Position numbers and translations under genes: made by a program. A stretch of 64,000 nt of DNA from Macrostomum hystrix (lineage: Eukaryota; Animalia; Platyhelminthes), in assembly GCA_950097015.1 (NCBI GenBank), contig CATNEN010000001.1, positions 1,736,001 through 1,800,000 on the forward strand. The letters run 5' to 3'. The notes below the pieces were generated by a model, which was given only the letters and a program-made list of their open reading frames with translations, was not told the origin of the DNA and made no database searches. This document shows, piece after piece, positions 12,901 through 25,674 of this stretch; positions within the stretch are counted from its first letter, which is position 1, and the number at the start of each line of letters is the position of its first letter.

Positions 12901-15900
12901 GATCTGCTTACAAAGCAGTTTTTATTCTCGTATTTTATACTGGGCCCAATATAGACGCCAAATAATTGCGACTGATCCAAAAACTGGATACATTTGCACT
13001 AAATAAGCTCTTTAACTGGATAGGAACAGAAATCTCTAATATACTTATTTTGCTCGTATTGTTTTGCTTTTTTCTGCTTCCATAATTCAAAGTTTAGTCG
13101 TCCGTTTCTCTCGCACAGATTCGGCACTGCACAATGCGCTGCGCAGTGAGGATTCCACTATAGCGAGCGAAACGGCGACCCACGGCCTGTCTGCGCCTAC
13201 TCGAGCCTGGGTCTTTGCCGGTGAGACCTCATTCTGTCACCCCAGCCTCATTCTGTCACTCCAGCCTCATTCTGTGACTCCAGCCTCATTCTGTCACTCC
13301 AGCCTCATTCTGTGACTCCAGCCTCATTCTGTCACTCCAGCCTCATTCTGTGACTCCAGCCTCAATCTGTCACTCCAGCCTCTTTCTGTCACTCCAGCAT
13401 CATTCTGTCACTCCGGCCTCACTCTGTCACTCCAGCCTCATTCTGTCACTCCATCCATATTCTTTACTGTCACTTCAGCCTCATTCTGTCACTCCAGCCT
13501 CATTCTGTCACTCCAGCCTCATTCTGTCACTCCAGCCCCATTCTGTCACTCCAGCCTCTTTCTGTCACTCCAGCCTCTTTCTGTCACTCCAGCATCATTC
13601 TGTCACTCCAGCCTCATTCTGTCACTGCAGCCTCATTCTGTCACTCCAGCCTCATTCTGTCACTCCAGCCTCATTCTGTCACTCTAGTCTCATTCTGTGA
13701 CTCCAGCCCCATTCTGTCACTCCAGCCTCATTCAGTAATGTCACTCCATCCACATTTTGTCACTCCAGTCCCATTCTGTCCCTCTAGCCTCATTCAGTGC
13801 TGTCACTCCAGCCTCATTCTGTCACTCCAGCCTCATTCTGTCACTCCAGCCTCATTCTGTGACTCCAGCCCCATTCTGTCACTCCAGCCTCATTCTATCA
13901 CTCCAACATCATTCTGTCACTCCAGCCTGTGTCACTCCAGCCTCTTTCTGTCACTCCAGCATCATTCTGTCACTCCAGCCTCATTCTGTCACTCCAGCCC
14001 CATTCTGTCACTCCAACTTGTGTCACTCCAACATCATTTTGTCACTCCAGCCCCATTCTGTCACTCCAGCATCATTCAGTACTGTCACTCCAGCCCCATT
14101 CTGTCACTCCAGCATCATTCTGTCACTCCAACATCATTTTGTCACTCCAGCCCCATTCTGTCACTCCAGCATCATTCAGTACTGTCACTCCAGCCCCATT
14201 CTGTCACTCCAGCATCATTCAGTACTGTCTCCGGCCTCATTGTCTACTGTATCGCACAACTTAGGTGTCTCGCCGCTTTGTCTGTCCTTAACTGAGCGTA
14301 GAGCTCGTTTTCGTATGCGGCACATTTCGGACTCCTGTTAGTCTTCACTAAAGAAGTCATGGATACAAACAGTCACTAGGTTACATAACACACACATCAC
14401 ACATCCATATGGACTGCTTAAACTAACGTTTGCTCACTTTTTTCTTAGGCTTTTCTTCCAAACAACAAGGCCTCTCAAAGCTGTGAATAATTTATGAAAA
14501 TTAACTGCAAACATTCTTTGTTCTTTGTCATTTTTATACCGCTTTCTTCTTTCTTCTAAAAGCAAAGACAGCACCATCTAAGAACGAGTAGGTGTTGAGT
14601 TTTCTGCCGTCTCAAATTTGTCTCTGATTAAAAAATCAGGTTTGTCCTCCTATTGTGGTGACCTCACTCACCCGAACCGAGCACTGGGGGTCACTACTGC
14701 TTTTTCTTCCATTCAAGTTCAAGTTATTCCTGCCCCAAACAGAAGAAATCTGTGGGTGGCCTGGCAGGGCAGGTTGCATAATCGCCTCAGCCCCCCCCTA
14801 GGACTCCGCGTATTTTTAATTCAACCTGCTCAGTTTCAGTTTAGTCGTGCCGATGCCATTTTTAGTTTTTACAAACTCAGATACGAGTATTCAAGCCTTC
14901 TCGCTGTTAGTTTGAACAATAAATGGAGAACCTCGCATGGTTAGATATGAGGTATTCTATCTCCTCCATCGGGTCATGCGCAGGTGCTTCGTTTGCTTAA
15001 TTAGGACACGGCACTCCACTATCAGTCTGGTTTTCTAGATTCTTTTCTTTTTATCTTTCAGTGCCTTCAGCTGTATCGTTGGTGCTCATGCTGCTGCTTG
15101 GCGCCGGCCTCTGGCTTTTAATGCGTCGGCGATATAATAAGCGAGACAGGTGTGCATTGTTTAAATAAAGTGGAACATTTAATTCTGTTAAATAGTTACA
15201 AGCCACCCTCACTTTATATTTAAAACTGGTAGAAATAATTTCATTCCATCCCAAAAAAATTTAATTTTTAATTTGGTTCTAAAAATAGACTGCTTTCTAT
15301 TCATTGGTTGGCTCGTCTTATCTAGTAAACATTTATTCCTATCCCTCTTAGACACCCACCCCACACCAATCTGACTCCCATAGCCAGCCACCACTATTCA
15401 CTGGCCATTCCACTATTTAGCCCGCACTGCCCCAGAGCTTAAAAATCTTATTAATTTACGCTCGTATTTAACACCGCTTCCGGCAATTTAATTTTTTCAT
15501 CATCTTTTCGTGGCTAATTCTAAAAATAGACTCCTTTCTAATTTTTGACTGCCCACAGGCTTTATGTAGTAAACTATTTTCCTATCCCTCCTGAACACCC
15601 ACCTCACGCCTAGATGACTCGCATTGCCACCCACCTCACTCCGCTATCCCTGCCTTCAGCGTTTCTAAAAATAGCTACTTGGTGCTTATTGGGCTGAAAC
15701 AACCTACTTATCATTTCCTTCATTTCATTATCATCACAGAAAGCTTCGCGGTCAGTCGCTAGTCATGGAGGCCCTAGTTCATGAACAACGCTGGCAGCTG
15801 CAACGACTCCGCTGTTCTCTGATGCTACCACCAACGCCGCCGGAGCAGCAGCAGCAGCAGCAGACTTTCAGTTCTCTATTATTCGATCCCTCTTCACTAA

Positions 15901-16061
15901 ATCAATCGTCCAGTTTAGAAACCTACCTGCAACCGTCCTGCCTTGACGCCGTCTCCGGCGGTCCAGGCGCTGAGTCCGGCACCTATTATTTCACAATGAG
16001 CGCCCAGCCAATCTACGAGAGCCTAGCCGATTCGACAACCATGGGCTCGCCTTATTGTTGA
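6959..16061 (+). CDS. Orphan type I transmembrane protein, 7 exons: 6959-6989, 7344-7733, 8515-8928, 9812-10072, 13119-13220, 15062-15149, 15740-16061
   Basis: All six introns are GT-AG and join in frame (phases 1,1,1,1,1,2). Signal peptide MLPWTLLILLA; Cys-rich exon 2; possible CUB-like exon 3; Sushi/CCP-like exon 4 (CYLPP...YRCHSDTGY...C...PDC); TM AVSLVLMLLLGAGLWLLM followed by stop-transfer RRR; cytoplasmic tail with Tyr motifs. Confidence 0.8.
7750..8430. repeat. 25-bp minisatellite (gaaagatcccattctgattcggttc)n, intronic
   Basis: Tandem array starting about 16 nt after the donor at 7734. Confidence 0.95.
8955..9730. repeat. 21-bp minisatellite (ggtactgggatttccagattc)n, intronic
   Basis: Tandem array. 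Confidence 0.95.
10090..10770. repeat. 33-bp minisatellite (gtgaagagtctggtagatagaacaggcagggat)n, intronic
   Basis: Tandem array. Confidence 0.95.
11480..12210. repeat. 20-bp minisatellite (tcgataatgaatcaaggcaa)n, intronic
   Basis: Tandem array degenerating toward its 3' end. Confidence 0.95.
12578..12888 (-). mobile_element. tRNA-derived SINE with CORE-like central domain
   Basis: Minus strand: A box TAGCCTAGTGG (12871-12881), B box GGTTCGATTCC (12827-12837), then TGTGTCCTTTAGCAAGACACTTAAC...CACCCAGCTGTTAAATGGGTACC resembling the CORE-SINE domain, and an (ATT)n tail at about 12578-12597. Confidence 0.85.
13227..14230. repeat. 19-bp minisatellite (cattctgtcactccagcct)n, intronic
   Basis: Tandem array beginning about 6 nt after the donor at 13221. 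Confidence 0.95.
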
Positions 16062-16403
16062 TGGCAATCTTTCCCAAGATAATTTTTGTAATGAACTGCT
16101 TTAAATCGACTATTCTGATCAAGGCACCTTACTATCGAACACGCATCGTGTACACACATTCCATACTGCTTCTTTTTAGTCTACTTAATCAATCAAAGTG
16201 GCAGTGTACGCAATGTTCTATCAAGATACTTGCTGAAATCTACTCACTTCTCAAAGTCTTGCTTTTTTTTATTAAACTTTAATTTTTACGCAAAATCACG
16301 AACACGTACACTAATGTTTTGTTTATCAAAAAACCTTGCCTATTTACCTCGCATAATCACAACGACCTTTAATAAGTTCAACGGGTGTCATCCACATAAC
16401 CTT

Positions 16404-16892
16404 CAGTACAGTACATCAACTGTCACCCACATGACCATCAGTACATCAGCTGTCACCCACATGACCATCAGTACATCAGCTGTCACCCACATGACCATCA
16501 GTACATCAGCTGTCACCCACATGACCATCAGTACATCAGCTGTCACCCACATGACCATCAGTACATCAGCTGTCACCCACATGACCATCAGTACATCAGC
16601 TGTCACCCACATGACCATCAGTACATCAGCTGTCACCCCTATGACCATCAGTACATTAGCTGTCACCCCTATGACCATCAGTACATCAGCTGTCACCCCT
16701 ATGACCATCAGTACATCAGCTGTCACCCACATGACCATCAGTACATCAGCTGTCACCTACATGACCATCAGTACATTAGCTGTCACCCCTATGACCATCA
16801 GTACATCAGCTGTCACCCCTATGACCATCAGTACATCAGCTGTCACCCCTATAACCATCAGTACATCAGCTGTCACCCACATGACCATCAGC
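16404..16892. repeat. 30-bp minisatellite (cagtacatcagctgtcacccacatgaccat)n
   Basis: Near-perfect tandem array. Confidence 0.95.
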
Positions 16893-17353
16893 AGTTTATA
16901 GTTCGTTCCATGGTATCCTTTCTAATTAGTACTCATTGCATTTGGTTGTTGTCTAATTGCAGCTGCAAAAACGGTAAGTCTGACTACTTATGTTCTGTTA
17001 CGAGTAGTAGTTGTGAGTTATTACTGTCCTGTAATATTTATACTGCTAAATCAATCGCCAACGAATCTGCTATATAAAATTAGCAATTCAACTTTTACTC
17101 GTGATTCCAGACTTATGCACTATTCTGCTTTGAATTTCAAAAGTAAAAAACATACTTTATCTTTTAAGTTCGTACCAACATAATAAATGCATGCAATAGC
17201 CATTAAACGCTCTTTTAAAAAGTCTAAAACTACAGTTCATGCTACTTCTTTGATAACAGTAGCATTATTAGTTTTTTTGTAACGGATAATGACATAAGAC
17301 TTTTGGAATAAAACTCATTTCTCTAATTGCTACATGCAATGATCATGGCTTCC

Positions 17354-19232
17354 GTTCCTGCTACGATTCCTAGTAGTTCCTGCTACGATTCCTAGTAGTT
17401 CCTGCTGCGATACCTAGTAGTTCCTTTTACGATTTCTAGTAGTTCCTTTTACGATTTCTAGTAGTTCCTGCTGCGATTTCTAGTAGTTCCTGCTGCGATT
17501 TCTAGCAGTTCCTGCTACGATTTCTAGCAGTTCCTGCTGCGATCCCTAGTAGTTCCTGCTACGATTTCAAGTAGTTCCTGCTGCGATTCCTAGTAGTTCC
17601 TGCTGCGATTCCTAGTGGTTTCTGCTACGATTCCTAGTAGTTTCTGCTACGATTCCTTCGTCAATCCTGCTACGATTCCAAGCTACTGTTCGCGCTACGA
17701 TTCCTAGTAGTTCCTGCTACGATAGCTTGTTGTTCCAGCTACGATTCCTAGTAGTTCCTGCTGCGATTCCCAGTGGTTCTGCAACGGTTCAAAGCTACTA
17801 TTCCCGCTTCGATTCTATATAATTTTCCCGGAGACAATTTTCGTTATTTGTAACAGTCAATCTGAAAAAATGCTTTTAGATTAGCAATTAGAGAAATTTC
17901 TGTGAAAAAAAGCTTGCAGCGGTGTTTTGACGAAGGTAGCACAATCAAAGAATGTTTGAACAATCGCCATTCGATAATTGGCAAATCAAGCTTTGATGGC
18001 GCATTTTAAATCTCTTTTTTATATCCCAAATTTCTGGGGGGAAAGCAGCGATTTGGCTTCGCATTTGCAAAACAAAAGACGGAAAAAGTGTTTGAAAGCG
18101 TTTGCAGACAAATTAGCGACTATAATACGCAAATCAACAAAGGCCACTAATTCCCAGGTTTAATTAGATCCAAAAATTTGTATCCACGCGAATGCAAAGC
18201 TGTTGCAATATAAGCTCCAATTTTCCACTATTTGACTGGTTTTCACAGAAAAAAATCTATTTTAGCATGCCAATTCAGGGTATTTGTATAGTAGCTAACT
18301 TAAATTTCGTTCGCGTATTGAAATGCAGGGATTTCTGTCCTGTATTTTGCGCAATTCAATCGCATATTTTAGGATTTTATAACTGCGCCACTGGCCAGGG
18401 CCATTAAAAACTTGCTTTTTTAATAGTCTTTCACATCATTTGGCCAGTAGCTACGGTTCTTGCAACCATTCCTGCTACGATTCCTAATGGTTCCTGCTAC
18501 GATTCCGAGTATTTCCTGCTACGATTCCTAGGGTTTCCTGCTACGATTCCTAGTAGCTACTTTTCCTTGTATTCCTTATAGTTCCCGCTAGGATTCATGG
18601 TGGTTCCTGCTACGATTCCTAATGGTTCCTGCTACGATTCCTAGTAGCTACTTTTCCTTGTATTCCTTGTAGTTCCCGCTAGGATTCATGGTGGTTCCTG
18701 CTGCGATTCCTAGTGGTTCCTGCTACGATTCCTAGTAATTCCTGCTACGATTCCTAGTAGTTCCTTTTACGATTTCTAGTAGTTCCTGCTGCGATTCATG
18801 GTTGTTTCTGCTACGATTCCTAGTGGTTCCTGCTACGATTCCTAGTAGTTCCTGCTACGATTCCTAGTAGCTACTTTTCCTTGTATTCCTTGTAGTTTCT
18901 GCTAGGATTCATGGTGGTTCCTGCTACGATTCCTAATGGTTCCTGCTACGATTCCTAATAGTTCCTGCTACGATTCCTAGGGTGTCCTGCTACGATTCCT
19001 AGTAGCTACTTTTCCTTGTATTCCTTGTAGTTCCCGCTGGGATTCATGGTGGTTCCTGCTACGATTCCTAATGGTTCCTGCTACGATTCCTAGTAATTCT
19101 TGCTACGATTCCTTGTAATTCCTGCTACGATTCCTAGTAATTCTTGCTACGATTCCTTGTAATTCCTGCTACGATTCCTAGTAATTCCTGCTACGATTCA
19201 TGGTTGTTTCTGCTACGGTTCCTAGTGGTTCC
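17354..19232. repeat. Two blocks of a 22-bp minisatellite (gttcctgctacgattcctagta)n at about 17354-17810 and 18467-19232
   Basis: Same unit in both blocks, separated by about 650 bp of unique sequence. Confidence 0.9.
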
Positions 19233-20059
19233 TCTAATTAAGTGCGCCACTGGCCAGGGCCATTAAAAATTGCTGTTTTAATAGTCTTTCAAATTATTTG
19301 GCCCACTAAAGTTGGAAAATGACTTTCAAAAAATGAAATCTTTTGTTTTAAAATGCTCGCTGTCGGCTTTTGTTTTCCATCGCAAATCAATGCCTATTAA
19401 GAAGGCAAAGTCTGTCTTGGCTGGTTATGAAGCAAAAAAACACATTTAGCATTTTGTACCTGCTCTAACTTGCCAGTCATTTAGCTAGGGACACTCGATT
19501 GACAATTCTGAGTGCGCCTCAGATGTAAGTTAAATTGTTCTCAATAAGCCATGAGTGATGACTTGTTTGACAGACTGAAATCTATACCAGCTTCTGTCTA
19601 TTTGGCAGTTCTAATTCTCATTGTTAGACAATTTCTCCCGGAACAAAGGAAGTGAAGACTCAAGAATCTGAATTTCTGAAAGATTTTTTTCCACTTTCTC
19701 TCTCATTTGGCTTCGCATTCCAACACTGTAAAAAGAGATTTTAGTCAGGCAAGTCAAGTGTGTGCCCTGCTGCTTCAAGATATTTGAGACAGAAAGTCTG
19801 ACTGACTCACTCACTCACTCACTCACGGCCAAAATTGTTCGAGTACGTTCGGAATGGGGCGAAAGTTGGGAATTTTTTTGACAAAGGAAGATTCTGAATG
19901 AAAGCTTGTCAATTTGATGCGCAGATCGCGCAAAATATACGGTGTTTTACTGAGCAGATTTTTGCCTGAGATTTTAAACTACCTAGTCTCTTATTTTTGT
20001 GATTTACTTAAATGAAATACGAACATGTATGCATTTTCCCATGCTCACAGTCAAATCAT

Positions 20060-21620
20060 GTTCATCCCAGATCCTTCATTCTATGATCACTGATCGATCA
20101 CACATTAAATGATCCCAGATCCCACATCCTTTGATCCCATATCCAACATTCTATGATCCCAGATCCTACATCCTATGATCCCAAATCCCACATCCTATGA
20201 TCACAGATCCCACATCCTGTGATCCCAGATCTTACATCCTTTGATCCCAGATCCTTCATTCTATGATCCCAGATCCTACATTCTATGATCCCAGATCCTA
20301 CATTCTATGATCCCAGATCCTACATTCTATGATCCCAGATCCTACATTCTATGATCCCAGATCCTTCATTCTATGATCCCAGATCCTACATTCTATGATC
20401 CCAGATCCTTCATTCTATGATCCCAGATCCTACATTCTATGATCCCAGATCCAACATTCTATGATCCCAGATCCCACATTCTATGATCCCAGATCCTACA
20501 TCCTATGATCCCAAATCCCACATCCTTTGATCACAGATCCCACATTCTATGATCCCAGATCCAACATTCTATGATCCCAGATCCTTCATTCTATGATCCC
20601 TGATCAAGCATTCTATGATCCCAGATCCAACATTCTATGATCCCAGATCCCACATTCTATGATCCCAGATCCTACATCCTATGATCCCAAATCCCACATC
20701 CTATGATCACAGATCCCACATCCTGTGACCCCAGATCCCACATCCTGTGATCCCAGATCTTACATCCTTTGATCCCAGATCCTACATTCTATGATCCCAG
20801 ATCCTTCATTCTATGATCCCAGATCTTACATTCTATGATCCCAGATCCTACATTCTATGATCCCAGATCCTACATTCTATGATCCCAGATCCTTCATTCT
20901 ATGATCCCAGATCCTTCATTATATGGTCCCAGATCCTTCATTCTATGATCCCAGATCCTACATTCTATGATCCCAGATCCCACATCCTTTGATCCCATAT
21001 CCAACATTCTATGATCCCAGATCCTTCATTCTATGATCCCAGATCCTTCATTATATGGTCCCAGATCCTTCATTCTATGATCCCAGATCCTACATTCTAT
21101 GATCCCAGATCCTACATTCTATGATCCAAGATCCTACATTCTATGATCCCAGATCCCACATTCTATGATCCCAGATCCTTCATTCTATGACCCCAGATCC
21201 TACATTCTATGACCCCAGATCCCACATTCTATGACCCCAGATCCCACATTCTATGATCCCAGATCCAACATTCTATGATCCCAGATCCTTCATTCTATGA
21301 TCCCTGATCAAGCATTCTATGATCCCAGATCCAACATTCTATGATCCCAGATCCCACATTCTATGATCCCAGATCCTACATCCTATGATCCCAAATCCCA
21401 CATCCTTTGATCACAGATCCCACATCCTGTGATCCCAGATCCCACATTCTATGATCCCAGATCCTTCATTCTATGATCCCAGATCCCTCATCATATTATC
21501 CCAGATCCCACATCCTAATGATCCCAGATCCCAGATCCTTCATTCTATGACCCCAGATCCCACATTCTATGATCCCAGATCCCACATCCTATGATCCCAG
21601 ATCCTCATTCTGTGATCCCA
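20060..21620. repeat. 22-bp minisatellite (gatcccagatcctacattctat)n
   Basis: Tandem array of about 1.5 kb. Confidence 0.95.
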
Positions 21621-22869
21621 GAATTTCTGAAAATCCCTAACCCTTTCACTGCCTAATAACTTTCACTTCCTCCTATTTTAAAATCCAGTTATGGCACTCT
21701 ATGAGTTGGGAGCAATTAAGGAACTCAAAACTTGTTTGACCGCTGCAACACGGTGAAATAAATGTTTCATAGACTAGGCCAATACAACTTTTCCTTTCAC
21801 CAGCCGAAAAAAAAGAAGAAAACAGGAGAAGGGGGAAGCTGCAACATGGTTGACTTGCCAGCCATTTGCCGTTCGCTTTTTGATAGTTTTTTTCTTTCTT
21901 CATTTTTCTGTCAGAACAGAGAGAGAGAGAAGCTGTGTGTGAGTGTGACTGATGATGATGTTGATGCTGCTAACCTACAACTTCTACACCTACCCCCCCA
22001 GCCTTTCTTTCACTATTATTATACAAAACTAAACGCTGCCGTCTGTATTCTCTCTGGTCTGTCTAACTTTCTAGTTTTTTCCTAGTTCTGGGGGTGGAAC
22101 ACAGTATTTCTCTGTGTATATGTGTATGTAGGAAAAGAGGGCTCGCTGGAATCTCCCGCAGACACGGTGGCGCCAACAACAACCTCCATCTTCACCTTCT
22201 AGAAGAAGCAGACACGCGCAACACACTCTAAACAGCGCCGGATGATTGCTGAAGAATCCTTCCTCCCTTCCCCCCCTATAGGCCCTTAAAAAACGAAGTG
22301 GTCATACATCTACTCTCTCTCCCTCACTCACCCTCTCTCGCTGACCCATCTGCAGTGCAAAAAAGGTGTGTCGCATTGTGTATAATTGACGTATGTGTCA
22401 ACCGGTCCGGCTGTATTGTGACAAAGCATAAATGTTTGATGTGCCTCGGACCATCCAAGTCATTGTCAGAAATAAAATTCAAAAAGTATCGCTTGCCAAA
22501 ATATTTTAAGTGCATTGCATTGTGTTTGGAGTGTAGTGGACCTGTCATATTTTTTCTGTTCTGCCTAATAATCTGTAGCTCCTTGAATCGACATGTGTGG
22601 TCCGCGGATAAGATTTCTGCAACAATTCAAGCATTGTCCTAAGAATTCTGCCGACTAAAATATTTTCAGGAAATTTCTGCAGCCTCCTAGCAGAAATATT
22701 GGCGATTCTCTGATTGACAAGTTGGCGATAAAATCTTCAGTTTTAATTTATTTGTGAAGTTGATTGTGCCATTCATGGGGATGGGAGTTTGTTAACTATT
22801 TTAAGGGCTAATGTGGGTTAATGTAAGCTGACAGAATGTGATAGGATGATTTTATGGGAATTAGGGAAA

Positions 22870-23125
22870 TACAGATGTAGGGAGATAATATAAGAGATGT
22901 AGGGAGGGAAGATTGGAGATGTAGGGAGAGAAGACTGGAGATGTAGGGAGAGAAGACTGGAGATGTAGGGAGAGAAGATTGGAGATGTAGGGAGAGAAGA
23001 CTGGAGATGTAGGGAGAGAAGACTGGAGATGTAGGGAGAGAAGATTGGAGATGTAGGGAGGGACGATTGGAGATGTAGGGAGGGACGATTGGAGATGTAG
23101 GGAGGGAAGATTGGTGATGCAGGTA
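22870..23125. repeat. 22-bp purine-rich minisatellite (ggagatgtagggagagaagact)n
   Basis: Tandem array. Confidence 0.9.
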
Positions 23126-23554
23126 GAGCGGATTGGAAATAAGTAACGTAAGATAAAAGTAAAAATAAATAAATTGATCTCAAACAATCGATTTGATTTC
23201 CAGAGAAAATCAAATACACCATGTTTGATAATTGCAACTTCCCTACAATGGGTAGTGACAAAGCTTGTCTGAAATATAAGTCAGCTTTCTGAGCCGACAA
23301 GCACACTGGACCCTCTTGTTAATTTCCTGTCATGTAAGTATCTTCCATTTCACTTTTCATCAAAATTCAATTATTTGCCTGTCCTAATTTGAGTTCAATT
23401 TTCGTCAGCAACATTTTCCCGTGGCAACCTGGGTCATATCGTTTCAAGTGTGTGCTCGTGGGACGATTATTGTGTCTTTTTGGTGTTTCATTTCGTTTAG
23501 TAAGGCTTTTTGAGAACAATGCTGATTAAATGATAAAGCTACCGACATTACGGT

Positions 23555-23955
23555 AATTACCCGCATCCCAGTCATTACCCACAACCCAGTCATTACCCAA
23601 ATCCCACTCATTACCTAGAACCCAGTCATTACCCGTAGCCCAGTCATTACCCAAAAACCGGTAATTACCAACATCCTAATCATTACCCACATCCCAGCCA
23701 TTACCCATAGCCCAGTTATTACCCAAAAACCGGTCATTACCAACATCCCAGTCATTATCCATAGCCTAGTCATTATCCACACCCCAGTCATTACCCACAT
23801 CCCAGTTATTCCCCACATCCCAGTCATTATCCACACCCCAGTCATTACCCACATCCTAGTCATTACCCGTAGCCCAGTTATTACCCAAAAACCGGTCATT
23901 ACCAACATCCCAGTCATTATCCATAGCCTAGTCATTATCCACACCCCAGTCATTC
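23555..23955. repeat. 18-bp minisatellite (cccagtcattacccacat)n
   Basis: Degenerate tandem array. Confidence 0.9.
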
Positions 23956-25339
23956 ATTTAAGCCATCTGTCTGGTTTAACAATCAAGTAAGCGTCATAGA
24001 ATAGGTATTTATTTTTGTTCATTCCAACAGACAGTTCTGCTAAAGTTGTCAGTCTGTGATGACAGCGCGAATGCGCTATGACCTAAATAAGAAAACCAAG
24101 GCCTTAACAATTAAACGGAAAGTGGCCATATTCTTCTCTATGTTATAGTTTGTTAGCGATAAATGAAATGTGTGAAAACATTGAATTCGTGTGTGGCCCT
24201 CACACAGCCTACACACGCTTTCATTTAACTTCAGTTATTTATCTATAGTTCTCTTCCATTGCTTCAAACAACAAACACGCGCAGCGCATTGCTTGAAGCT
24301 TGCTTTGAAAAGACAAAGACTTCTGCTTTTATGTTAAACTGCTTCTCTACTGCTCTAACCTATACCTTTTAGCAAATATTGTTCCACACTTCAAGTTTTA
24401 TCAGTTCGTTAACTAACAAAAAAGCAGTAAAACTAAAGGGTTTAGAAGCGCGAATTCATAATTAATTATTGTCTATGGGCTTTGTCTGCACAATTGGTTT
24501 TGTTGTGATTAGCAACTTTCAAGTGGCACTTTCACCTCTATAGTTTAAGGGTGATTTGTGCCTGAACATACTAATTAATAAAAACCTTTTCATACGGTAG
24601 AATATCGATTCGAATAGTATACCATTCGACTATTCTGTTTTGATTTAGATTCAATCGATCTTATCCTAGTGTAACTATTTGTATGTAACGTTCACGAGAT
24701 CACTGATAAAATGCACATTTAGAAAAATATCAGTTTTCACACCTTTTGAATATGATTTTTTTAAAGAAAATTCACTCCGTGAGAAGTTAACAGTTCTGGG
24801 ATCTATTTAAAATATGTTTTAATTTCTGAGTAAATACTTTAAACAGTGTAACCATAGTAACAGCATGGCAACTAAATAATCAACCCACCTATTCACGTGT
24901 TTTGTCTAAACCAGTCTGAAATTAATACCACTTATCATCAAAGGTGTTCGGAACCACTTTTTTGACCTACTTGAGATAAAATTGAGTCTACCATATTGAG
25001 CACTCGAAAGCTAGTATGGGGAAAGTTAAGATGAGCCATCCCTCTCGCAGGGTGTTAAATATCCCATTGATTAAAGCGAAACAATAAACTAGTGTCTATC
25101 GTTTATTTGTAAACTGACGCGGCTTTACCTTGTGTGAGATGTTCTTCAATAGTTTTTTTGTCCGTTCTTCATTTGTTTCCTCCACACTTTCACACTCAGT
25201 TACACAAAACACTACTGTAAACTGTTCTATGTTATTCTCACTTTTCCTCTCCACTCTATCCCTATCTCCTCATCCTTTATCCCCTTCCCCTTTACCACAC
25301 TCTCCCTCTTAATCTCTTCCAATCTCTCTCAATTATAAA

Positions 25340-25674
25340 AATAATAATAATAATTGCAGGAGGGCTGCGGGCAATGGCACATTATTTTTATGACACTAGA
25401 CCCGCAGTCAGCGAGGAGGCAATTCTGCCGATTTCCCTGACTCCTGAGTACACACGCACACAGGTGTGTACATCTGCCCTGACTTTCTCATCGTCAGGCA
25501 GTGTACACTCTCACTGTGCCTTGGAGATTGGCCCTCAATGACGTAAATTGCACGACAAGCCACCAAGCCTTCTCACAGCGGCTGCGCCCCCAAATAAATG
25601 TGGCCTCGCCGTGGAATTGAACTTCGGGACCTTGGTGCGAGAGGCAAACGCGTTAACCGCTCTGCCACCGACCC
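25340..25674 (-). mobile_element. tRNA-derived SINE (second family)
   Basis: Minus strand: A box TGGCAGAGCGG (25657-25667), B box AGTTCAATTCC (25613-25623), GC-richer body unrelated to the 12.6 kb SINE, (ATT)n tail at about 25340-25354. Confidence 0.75.

Noticed and set aside
15277-15636. Degenerate duplication with a period of about 240 bp in the receptor gene's last intron
   Set aside because: Old local duplication with no coding or structural signal.
25465-25508. Minus-strand CUGACGA-uga-GAAA-guc in the second SINE resembling a hammerhead core
   Set aside because: No stem II, and stem I does not pair next to the cleavage triplet; better explained as a simple hairpin.
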